Positions 8,733 through 16,737 of a stretch of DNA of 19,143 bases are shown in pieces. The stretch is from contig JBJTQJ010000084.1 in assembly GCA_046075565.1 (NCBI GenBank), positions 1-19,143 of the forward strand. Direction: 5' to 3'. The first letter of the stretch is position 1. Each line of letters opens with the position of its first letter. Both the position numbers and the translations under genes were made by a program. This stretch comes from Verrucomicrobiales bacterium. Lineage in GTDB: Bacteria > Verrucomicrobiota > Verrucomicrobiia > Verrucomicrobiales > SLCJ01. The notes below the pieces were generated by a model, which saw only the letters and a list, made by a program, of their open reading frames with translations, had not been told where the DNA came from and did not search any database.

Positions 8733-9914
8733 TCACTTCGCCACCGCTTGGCCGAGTCGTTCGCCGATCGGTCGTTTGTCGGGCGGATGCACGTCCGGGC
8801 TGTCCCAACCCAGATCGATGGTCTGGATAAGCGAGACATGGGGCAATTCTTTCACCACGGTGGCTTGGACGGCGCGGAACTGCGGCCAACCTTTGCGCAA
8901 TGGGTCATCGCCGCCGATACGGGGAAGCTGGACCATAAAGAATGGAAGCTCCGTTTGCCCGAGAACTTTGCGCCAGCCACTTACCAGGTCGGTCAGGAGC
9001 AGCTTATTCCATTCATCATCGATGATCTCGGCATTGGTTTCGCCTTGATACCAAAGAACACCGGTGAGAGGGAATTTCGCCCAATCCCGCGTCCCCGCAT
9101 CGAAGAGGAAACCGGGACGGAAAGGGTGATCGATGGTGGATGCCCCGCCAAGGTTGAGTTTCGCCCGGCCACGTGCCCATGCACTGACCCGCGGGGATTC
9201 AAGCCAGTTGTCGCCCATCAGACTCGTGTAGTCATGACGAGACAAAAGCATTTCCTGTGGCAGCCACGCTTCGGCACCGCTGCCGCCGACAGAGTTGTCG
9301 ATCAGGCCGACTGGCACGCCTTTGGCTCGGTGGATGGTTTTTCCCGCCCACCAACCGACGGCGGAGAAGGTGGAGGCCGACTCCGGTGTGACCGTCTGCC
9401 ATTTTCCTTCGAAGAACTTACCCGGGGTCAGACGGTTGAGTTCGGCCGGGGTGTAGGCGCGTGCCGAAGTGTGGGTTCCTGTTAGGTTGAGCAAACGGAT
9501 GGCGGGGAATTCAGCCGCGAGCGTGGCTTCTTCTTTCCCACCCACGGCTTTTGCCAGAGGGAAATCCATGTTGGACTGACCGGAGCACAGCCAAACCTGT
9601 CCCACCAGAATATCGCGCAGGACAAGGGTTTCGTTTCCGGAAACAATGGTGAGGTCCCGCCCGCCGGATGATGCAGACAAGGCGGGCAATACGAGCGACC
9701 ACTTGCCCTCTGCGTCGGCCTTGCCACGCATGACATGATCGGCGAAGCGGATTTCCACTTCGGCAAAGGGCGAAGCCTTGCCCCAGATCGGTGCCGGTTT
9801 CTCCATTGGCAAAACCATATGGTCGGCGAAAGGACGCGCGGGAATCAATGTTGGCTCCCCGATGGAGAGAGATGCCACGGTGAAGAAGATGAAAACTGCG
9901 CGGATCATTTTCAT
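8733..9914 (-). CDS. Sialate O-acetylesterase (SASA/SGNH family), secreted (393 aa)
   Basis: Signal peptide; FADHMVLP; VGQVWLCSGQSNM (catalytic Ser); FSAVGWW; VPVGLI; VLWYQGETN; FFMVQLP; DVHPPDK (catalytic His). Confidence 0.9.
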   Translation of the reverse strand: MKMIRAVFIFFTVASLSIGEPTLIPARPFADHMVLPMEKPAPIWGKASPFAEVEIRFADHVMRGKADAEGKWSLVLPALSASSGGRDLTIVSGNETLVLRDILVGQVWLCSGQSNMDFPLAKAVGGKEEATLAAEFPAIRLLNLTGTHTSARAYTPAELNRLTPGKFFEGKWQTVTPESASTFSAVGWWAGKTIHRAKGVPVGLIDNSVGGSGAEAWLPQEMLLSRHDYTSLMGDNWLESPRVSAWARGRAKLNLGGASTIDHPFRPGFLFDAGTRDWAKFPLTGVLWYQGETNAEIIDDEWNKLLLTDLVSGWRKVLGQTELPFFMVQLPRIGGDDPLRKGWPQFRAVQATVVKELPHVSLIQTIDLGWDSPDVHPPDKRPIGERLGQAVAK

Positions 9915-10122
9915 TTCAATTTGGAATGCTCCAGGCTCGGCTCCGGTAATCTATAGTCGCTTTGCTCGCCGAGATCCACGCGTTCTCCGAATCGCCGGGA
10001 GCGGGCATGGAATTTTCGGGGGGAGAAAACGGGCATAATCAGAATCAACAGGATGGGAATTGCCAAAACCTGTGCCATACGCCAATTTGCATCCGTAAGT
10101 TTGTTCAGCGAGGAGATCCAAC

Positions 10123-10141
10123 CGGTTTGATAAACAAACCA
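10123..10141. promoter_or_regulatory. Candidate operator, motif A, copy 2
   Basis: CGGTTTG-ATAAA-CAAACCA, containing a perfect GGTTTG/CAAACC inverted repeat. Positions 10124-10141 are 15/18 identical to 1601-1618. Confidence 0.5.
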
Positions 10142-10158
10142 TCGGATTTGTATTGAGG

Positions 10159-10169
10159 TAAACCGATTG
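10159..10169. promoter_or_regulatory. Candidate LacI/GalR-type operator, motif B (TAAACCGATTG)
   Basis: Exact 11-mer repeated at 13982-13992. A related inverted copy, CAACCGGTTT, is at 10119-10128. Confidence 0.45.
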
Positions 10170-10290
10170 TATTGGAATCTTGATAGGGGCCTGCGGAGTC
10201 ATCTTTGAGTCGGGTTCGCCTAACCTGCTTGGTCCGTCCGGTGGTCTGCCTCGACCACGAGGTGAATTCCCGGCCGAGAAACCCACCAAT

Positions 10291-13200
10291 ATGCCCGCCG
10301 CAGATTCAATCAACCTGTTTGCTCCCGAGACCAGGGGGGCGAGACGTCTTTGTGGAGGATTTGCGCTCATCTCCACTCTGAGTGTGATGGCTCTGGTGGT
10401 GCTTCTCCTCTTGGCATTGCTCTCGCTTTCCGCATCTTCGGTGCGCATTTCACGCCAGGAAGTGGCGATGGCGCAAGCAAGGGCCAGCGCACGGCTCGGC
10501 TTGATGATGGCGCTTGGGCAGCTTCAGCAGACTTCCGGCCCGGACCAGAGTGTGACGGCCACCGCGGGCATGCTTGCCCAACCGGCCAACGGCAAGAAGC
10601 ACTGGACCGGGGTGTGGTCCACGCGGAATTGGGATGTGACCAAACCCAACGAGCGCGAATTTCTCGGCTGGCTGGTTTCGGATTCCCAGATCAACTCCGG
10701 CACTCCGATGGGAATCAATGATCCCGCGACTCCGGTGGCTGCCGACGGCGTGGTCACGCTGGTTGGCAGCGGAACGGCTGCCGACTCTCCGGAAGATGAA
10801 GTCAAGGCGCGTATCGTGCCGGTGGCCGGAGCGACCGGACGGACCACCTCCGCTTATGCCTATTGGGTCGGTGACCAAGGGGTGAAAGCGAGTTATGCCA
10901 TCACAGGCCAAGGCGTGCCCGACCCATGGAATGATGCCGCCCAGCTTGCCATCTTGAAGCGTGTGGGCATCGAGTCATCGAAGGTCGCGAGTCTCAACAG
11001 CTACAAGGACCTCACGGACGAGCAAATCCGCGTGGCTGGCAGTTCATTCCCCAGCATCGATTTGGCGCACGGCGCGGGCACCTCCAGACAGGTTTATCAT
11101 GACTACGTTCCTCGTTCGTTCTCTTTGCTCACCGACACCCGTCTCGGTGGCTTCGCACGCGATCTCTCGACAGCATTCGAACTGACGAATACTCAATTCA
11201 ACACTCTTTCCGAATTCCATGCCACCCGCGAGCGCAACACCACCGATGCCTACAATGACTTTGGCTCGGCCTACCGCGACGTGAAGTTCTATGGTGACCG
11301 CGAACGAAGCACCCTTGGATATCTCGCGGAAATCCGCAATGGCACTACCCTCTTTCGCGGACCGACATGGGATCTGCTGCGGAACCACTATCGCCTTTAC
11401 AAACGTGAGTGGGATACGGCGAATTCGTGGACGCGAGCCTACGCTCCGGTTGGCAACGAAAGCTTCGCGGCCCGTGGGTCCCTGCCTCTTAGTTATTCGA
11501 AGAAATACAGCGGTCCCGGAGCTCTTCCGCCCTCCTTCGATTACCGCCCCGGGATTCCATGTTTTTACCGCCGGGCCAACCGGGGGAACCCGGATTGGGT
11601 GCGGCCATACCTCCTCGACCGTCCGCGCAATGGCTTCGATACGAGCGTCGCGGATGCCATGATTCACGCGCGTTCGCCGCGACTGATGCCGATTGTGAGC
11701 CGGATTACCATCGGGTTCAGCGTCCTGCAGGTGCCGACGCCGAGCGCGCAAGACTGGAGTCTCGGTATCGCCTTCGATCCCTATGTGACGCTGGTCAATC
11801 CCTACAATGTCCCCATTTCTTTCCAATCGATCGGGCTCTTCACCGCGAAACTCAATCCCTTCAGCGGCCGAATCCGTTTCACCGACCGCGCGAACGGTCA
11901 ACGACGGGAAGCTCCCCTGGGTGATTACTTTTCTGCTAATTTTTATAACCAGGGCTCATTCTCCTTGCGGATTCCCCCGCCCGTAGGACAGAGCGCATGG
12001 GTGCTCCAGCCTGGCGAAGTCAAAGTGATCAGCCCCGTGAAAACCGGCCGCCAGGACATCAACCGCAACATCATCAACCGGGTGCGGGGCCAGTTCGAAT
12101 ACAGCGAGGACGCCGGACTCTACTTCTACTACTCGCAAAACAACAAGTGGCAGTGCAAACCCCAGGAGGGGACGACGGTTGAGTTCGAGATCACTGGCAA
12201 TGATGGCAACGAGCAGGACATGTTCACCGTCCATCTTCTCCATGCAAAGGACCATACCGGCGGCACTCGTGATGTCATGACGCACATTCCGCCGCGCGAT
12301 ATGTTCTCCGAAGACGACAGCTTCGACGACCCGCATGTAACGAAGATTTCCTACGCTCGAGGCAACACTGGTCCCGAAGGGCCGATCCTCGTCCGCCGTT
12401 CGCTGAATACCAGCCAGATACCTCGTGAGGTGAACGGTCCGCAGGCCATTGCAGCCATCGACATCAAAATGAAATCGGCCAAGGATGACACGCCGGTTTT
12501 CTGGTTGAACCCCCGCGGGCAGGCTTTTGACACCCGCGACTACGATGGCGGACAACGCACCTCGCCACTCTTCGATTCGCGCGTCTTCCCCATCGGCGAC
12601 CTGTCCGAGATCCAACTCGTCGCCAATCCGGCTGGCAATGGATTCTGGGGCGGTGGCCACACCGCTTCGAATGGCTCCATGCGTGTTGTTCTTTACGAGG
12701 TGCCGCAAATTCCCCTGACCTCCCCGGCCCAACTCCAGCATGCGGATTTCTCCCTCACCGGGAGCGGCGGGTCTTTGGTGCTTGGCAACTCGTTTGCCCA
12801 TCCCGGCATCGCCGACCGCGGATCCATCATCAGCCGGCGCAACCGTGTGGCCAACGCCCACACCGATTTCAACCAGCTCCAAACCCTCGCCGACATGGCG
12901 TGGGCCGGTAATGAAATGCTTTGGGATCGTTATTTCTTTTCCGGCATGAACTGGGGTTCGTCGAATCTTCCCGTCCTTGGTGGAACCCAGGCCTACACCA
13001 CGCAGGACACGGCAATCAATGCTCTGCTCGCCGGCAATCCGGCGGCCAAATATCCTCTGATGAATCCGAGGATGCAGCTTCTCGATCGTGTCTACTCCTC
13101 CGCTCGGCGGGATGATCTGAAGGATTATGCGAAAATCGCCGCGCATCTCGCCGTGGAAGGAGGATTCAATGTCAATTCGACTTCCGAACGCACCTGGCGC

Positions 13201-13974
13201 GCCCTCTTCTCGACCTTGCGTTCCGCTGCCATCAGCTATGCCGACAAGGGCAACGCCCGCACCGGGAAGGTTGACAATGCCTTCAGCCGTTTCACCATCC
13301 CCTCCGCTGGTGCGTCCAACTTGTGGGAAGGCGGCTTCCACAACCTGACTGACAAACAAATCGAAGATCTGGCCAAGGCCATGGTCGAGCAAGTCCGCGA
13401 ACGTGGGCCGTTCATGGGACTGTCGGACTTTGTCAATCGCCGGCTCGATGCCGGCAGAGGCCGACTTGGAACCGATGTCGGCGTGCTAGGTGCAATGCAG
13501 GCGGCCATTGAAAAGGCCGGTCTCAATGATCGCCCGGCGGTATCAAATCCGGTGACCGCCGGTTACATCGAACACCGCAATTATCAGGTCGCGGGCGCGA
13601 ACAAGTCCCTCGGCACTTTTATCGGAACCCCGGGATATGTCATGCAGGGGGACATTCTCTCCGCGCTCGGTTCCAATCTGCGCGCCCGTTCGGATACTTT
13701 TGTGATTCGCGCCTATGGGGAATCCCGGGATGCCAACGGCAGGGTGCTTGCACGGTCGTGGTGCGAGGCCACGGTCCAGCGCACCCCGGAGTTGATCGAG
13801 CCCACCACGATTGAACCCACGATTCTGGATAGTTCCTACACGGGCAACAATCCAGCCGGTGACGTGGTCCTGCGGCCGTGGCGAGCCAACCCGGCCCTGC
13901 CCGCGTCCGCAAAAAAATTTGGCCGCGATTACCAGATAGTGGATTTCCGTTGGCTTTCACCTTCCGAGATCTGA
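10291..13974 (+). CDS. Giant GspK/PilX-like pseudopilin-family protein, Verru_Chthon cassette protein A-like (1227 aa)
   Basis: ATG 10291. Class III-like leader ARRLCGG|FALISTLSVMALVVLLLLALLSLS with no Glu at +5, followed by the PilX-type helix AQARASARLGLMMALGQLQ and YAYWVGDQGVKA. C-terminal RGPFMGLSDFVNRRL, RSDTFVIRAYGE and FRWLSPSEI are typical of this verrucomicrobial family (recognised by eye). Confidence 0.8.
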   Translation: MPAADSINLFAPETRGARRLCGGFALISTLSVMALVVLLLLALLSLSASSVRISRQEVAMAQARASARLGLMMALGQLQQTSGPDQSVTATAGMLAQPANGKKHWTGVWSTRNWDVTKPNEREFLGWLVSDSQINSGTPMGINDPATPVAADGVVTLVGSGTAADSPEDEVKARIVPVAGATGRTTSAYAYWVGDQGVKASYAITGQGVPDPWNDAAQLAILKRVGIESSKVASLNSYKDLTDEQIRVAGSSFPSIDLAHGAGTSRQVYHDYVPRSFSLLTDTRLGGFARDLSTAFELTNTQFNTLSEFHATRERNTTDAYNDFGSAYRDVKFYGDRERSTLGYLAEIRNGTTLFRGPTWDLLRNHYRLYKREWDTANSWTRAYAPVGNESFAARGSLPLSYSKKYSGPGALPPSFDYRPGIPCFYRRANRGNPDWVRPYLLDRPRNGFDTSVADAMIHARSPRLMPIVSRITIGFSVLQVPTPSAQDWSLGIAFDPYVTLVNPYNVPISFQSIGLFTAKLNPFSGRIRFTDRANGQRREAPLGDYFSANFYNQGSFSLRIPPPVGQSAWVLQPGEVKVISPVKTGRQDINRNIINRVRGQFEYSEDAGLYFYYSQNNKWQCKPQEGTTVEFEITGNDGNEQDMFTVHLLHAKDHTGGTRDVMTHIPPRDMFSEDDSFDDPHVTKISYARGNTGPEGPILVRRSLNTSQIPREVNGPQAIAAIDIKMKSAKDDTPVFWLNPRGQAFDTRDYDGGQRTSPLFDSRVFPIGDLSEIQLVANPAGNGFWGGGHTASNGSMRVVLYEVPQIPLTSPAQLQHADFSLTGSGGSLVLGNSFAHPGIADRGSIISRRNRVANAHTDFNQLQTLADMAWAGNEMLWDRYFFSGMNWGSSNLPVLGGTQAYTTQDTAINALLAGNPAAKYPLMNPRMQLLDRVYSSARRDDLKDYAKIAAHLAVEGGFNVNSTSERTWRALFSTLRSAAISYADKGNARTGKVDNAFSRFTIPSAGASNLWEGGFHNLTDKQIEDLAKAMVEQVRERGPFMGLSDFVNRRLDAGRGRLGTDVGVLGAMQAAIEKAGLNDRPAVSNPVTAGYIEHRNYQVAGANKSLGTFIGTPGYVMQGDILSALGSNLRARSDTFVIRAYGESRDANGRVLARSWCEATVQRTPELIEPTTIEPTILDSSYTGNNPAGDVVLRPWRANPALPASAKKFGRDYQIVDFRWLSPSEI

Positions 13975-13981
13975 GAATATC

Positions 13982-13992
13982 TAAACCGATTG
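13982..13992. promoter_or_regulatory. Candidate LacI/GalR-type operator, motif B, second exact copy
   Basis: TAAACCGATTG(CA) in the 28-nt gap, 10 nt before ATG 14003. Confidence 0.4.
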
Positions 13993-14002
13993 CAAGCACG
14001 CT

Positions 14003-14728
14003 ATGAACTGGAATCCCTTCGCGACTATATTCTTCCTCTTTGCCTGTGTTCTTTGCCACGTCAGCATCGGGCAAGCGCAGGAGGCCCCGGAAAAAAAGCC
14101 CGTCGCCCGTTTCACCGTCTGGGGTAATTGGAGTGGCAAAGAGTTTTACATCAGAGATCCAGAAAAGCCCGACAAGGCGAAAGACGCCTTCATCAAAGTC
14201 GATCTCCTCGATCTCGGTTATTCTGCCGAGGTTGCCTTTTCCCGGGCACAGCCGATTGAACTGTGCACTCCCGAGCAGGTGGAAGGCGAAACGATCTGGC
14301 AACCCGTGATCAAAGTCGCCATCCCGGCCGACATCCGCCAGCCATTGGTCATGATCATGCCCGACGAGAAAGCAGAGCCCGGAATCAAGATCTACGATCT
14401 CGATCCCGCCACCTTTCCTTATGGCAGCTATCAAATCATCAATATGACCGAGATGAGGTTGTTCGCCAAACTCGACGACACCGGCTTGTTGCTCAAGCCG
14501 GGAGAGCATGGTCATTTCAAGGGCACCGCCCAGAGCACTCTCAATGTCTGGCTGCGGGTCGCGGCCGAGAAGCCCGACAAGGATGCCCAGGTTGTCTATT
14601 CCTCCATGATGAAGAACCGCAACGACAAACGGATGTTCATGTTCTTCAGCACGCCGAAAGATGATCCCGACGCCGAGGTTGCTGTCCGGACTCTTGTCGA
14701 TTTCGCGCCCCTTCCGGCGCAGCCTTAA
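14003..14728 (+). CDS. Secreted hypothetical protein (241 aa), probably beta-rich
   Basis: Signal peptide MNWNPFATIFFLFACVLCHVSIGQA. Fills the gap between co-oriented genes (28 and 11 nt spacers). Contains DLDPATFPYGSYQIINMT. No catalytic motif recognised. Confidence 0.8.
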   Translation: MNWNPFATIFFLFACVLCHVSIGQAQEAPEKKPVARFTVWGNWSGKEFYIRDPEKPDKAKDAFIKVDLLDLGYSAEVAFSRAQPIELCTPEQVEGETIWQPVIKVAIPADIRQPLVMIMPDEKAEPGIKIYDLDPATFPYGSYQIINMTEMRLFAKLDDTGLLLKPGEHGHFKGTAQSTLNVWLRVAAEKPDKDAQVVYSSMMKNRNDKRMFMFFSTPKDDPDAEVAVRTLVDFAPLPAQP

Positions 14729-14739
14729 GTGAGTTTAAC

Positions 14740-16737
14740 ATGAAAACAATGATTCTTGCCGCATCCCTCGCGGCCATGCCAACCTTGGGCGCGGCCCAAA
14801 ACCTCCCCATCATCCCCAAACCCTTCGAGGAAGCCCTCCTCGCCGGGGAGTTCCCCCTCACGCCGGAAACGGTCATCCGTTTCGATTCCCGGTTGCGCGC
14901 CGAAGCCGAACTCTTCGCCGTCGATCTCGGCAAACGCCTCGGTCGCGAAGTGAAGACCGTGGATGAACGACTGCGGATTTTCACTCCGAGCGCAATTTAT
15001 CTTGATCTCTCCGACAGCCCGGGGGCCAAGGAAGCCTATCTCATGGAAATCCAGCCGGAGTCGGCGAGAATCACCGGGCACGATGCCGCCGGGGCATTCT
15101 ACGGCACGCGGAGTTTCCTCCAATTGCTGCCTTCCGATGGACCGCCAACGATTCCGGCTTGTCGGTTGAAGGACGCACCGCGTTTCGGTTGGCGAGGAAT
15201 GATGCTCGATGTGGGCCGCCACTATCAGAAAACGGAGGACATCAAGAAGTTCATCGACTCGCTCGCTTTCCACAAGATGAATGTCTTCCACTGGCATCTG
15301 ACCGAAGACCAAGGTTGGCGCATCGAGATCAAGAAGTATCCCAAACTCACCGAAGTAGGCGCATGGCGCGAATCAAGCCCGCCTTATGGGAATCGCAATG
15401 GTTCCGACGGCATCCGCTATGGTGGCTTCTACACGCAGGATGAAATCAGGGAGATTGTCGCCTACGCGAAGGCTCGCCACATCACGGTCGTGCCGGAAAT
15501 CGAAATGCCCGGTCATGCCGCCGCAGCCATCGCCGCTTATCCGGAATTCGGCAACAAGGACATACCCGGTTACGCACCCAAGGTGGAAACAAGCTGGGGC
15601 GTCAAGCCCTATACCTTCGCCCCCACCGAAGAGACCTTTGTTTTCCTCGAAAACGTGCTCACCGAAGTGCTTGCCCTCTTTCCTTCGAAATACATTCATA
15701 TCGGGGGAGACGAGGCACCGAAGGACCAATGGAAAAAATCCGCCACCGCCCAAGCGGTCATCAAACGCGAGCACCTCAAGGACGAACACGAGTTGCAGAG
15801 CTGGTTCATCCGCCGGATCGAAAAATTCCTCGCCTCGAAAGGCCGGCGCCTCATCGGCTGGGACGAAATCCAGGAGGGTGGATTGCCGAAAACCGCCACC
15901 ATGATGGTCTGGCGCGATAGCAATTGGGCAAAACACGCGCTCGATCTCGGCAACCAGGTCGTCATGGCACCCACCAGCCACACCTACTTCGATTATTACC
16001 AGGAGCCGGCGGAACAGGCTCTCGCCAAAGGTGTCGAATACGAGGCCATCGCCGGATTCCTTCCCATTGAGAAGGTTTACTCATTCGACCCGGCATTCGT
16101 CGCGACGGATGAGAATCAGAAGAAACTGATCCTTGGAACGCAGGCCCAGCTTTGGGCTGAGTATTTCAAGACCTGGGACAAGGTGGAATACATGGCATAC
16201 CCGCGTATGGCCGCGCTCGCCGAAGTCGCATGGTCACCGCTTGCTAAAAAAGACTACGAGGATTTCCTCGCCCGCCTCGAGCCGATGCTAGCACGCTATC
16301 GCGCGGACGGCATCAAGGTCGGGCCGGTCTTTTACCCGCCGAAGAGGGAAACCCGCGACGGCTCGACAGTGGCCACCTCGCTCGGCACCTATTCGAACAA
16401 CTGGCCGGAACTCGCCTTCGACGGTCGTCATGACACCTTCTTCTGGGCCGACCGCGATCTGCGCGTCGATGATCATTTTACCCTCCGGCTCAAGCAACCC
16501 GCGCGGGGCGGAAAAGTGACCGTCGCAACCGGTGGTCCGGCCAGCCGCAACCTCGACAAACTGGAGAATGGCTTGCTCGAAGTTTCAACGGAGGGAACTG
16601 CCTGGACAAAGATCGCCGACTTCGCTGACGGCACCGCCACCGGTGAAGTTCCTCCTGGCACAAAGCATCTTCGCCTGCGGGTCACCAAAGCACAGACCAA
16701 CTGGCTCATTCTCCACGAGATCCAATTCGAACCATGA
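14740..16737 (+). CDS. GH20 beta-N-acetylhexosaminidase with C-terminal F5/8-type C (CBM32-like) domain (665 aa)
   Basis: Signal peptide; IIPKP; DAPRFGWRGMMLDVGRHY; MNVFHWHLTEDQGWRIEI; PEIEMPGH; catalytic YIHIGGDEA; IGWDEI; AQLWAEY; YPRMAALAEVAW; C-terminal AFDGRHDTFFW. Confidence 0.96.
   Translation: MKTMILAASLAAMPTLGAAQNLPIIPKPFEEALLAGEFPLTPETVIRFDSRLRAEAELFAVDLGKRLGREVKTVDERLRIFTPSAIYLDLSDSPGAKEAYLMEIQPESARITGHDAAGAFYGTRSFLQLLPSDGPPTIPACRLKDAPRFGWRGMMLDVGRHYQKTEDIKKFIDSLAFHKMNVFHWHLTEDQGWRIEIKKYPKLTEVGAWRESSPPYGNRNGSDGIRYGGFYTQDEIREIVAYAKARHITVVPEIEMPGHAAAAIAAYPEFGNKDIPGYAPKVETSWGVKPYTFAPTEETFVFLENVLTEVLALFPSKYIHIGGDEAPKDQWKKSATAQAVIKREHLKDEHELQSWFIRRIEKFLASKGRRLIGWDEIQEGGLPKTATMMVWRDSNWAKHALDLGNQVVMAPTSHTYFDYYQEPAEQALAKGVEYEAIAGFLPIEKVYSFDPAFVATDENQKKLILGTQAQLWAEYFKTWDKVEYMAYPRMAALAEVAWSPLAKKDYEDFLARLEPMLARYRADGIKVGPVFYPPKRETRDGSTVATSLGTYSNNWPELAFDGRHDTFFWADRDLRVDDHFTLRLKQPARGGKVTVATGGPASRNLDKLENGLLEVSTEGTAWTKIADFADGTATGEVPPGTKHLRLRVTKAQTNWLILHEIQFEP

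Larger units (their letters stand above)
9915..10290. promoter_or_regulatory. Divergent promoter region
   Basis: 376-nt non-coding gap between divergent starts at 9914 (-) and 10291 (+). AT-enriched at about 10030-10185 and contains both repeated motifs. No -35/-10 pair assigned. Confidence 0.7.

Noticed and set aside
8714-8839. 42-codon upstream extension of the fucosidase ORF
   Set aside because: It overlaps the esterase 3' end; the signal peptide begins at ATG 8713.
10060-10078. Possible sigma-54 promoter on - strand (TGGCACAGGTTTTGGC)
   Set aside because: GG-to-GC spacing is 11 nt rather than the strict 10 nt.
9951-10448. 165-aa - strand ORF and small ORFs across the divergent region
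   Set aside because: No recognisable motifs; they overlap the pilin-like gene start and the regulatory motifs.
11956-13392. 478-aa - strand ORF
   Set aside because: Antisense shadow of the pilin-like gene with no family features.
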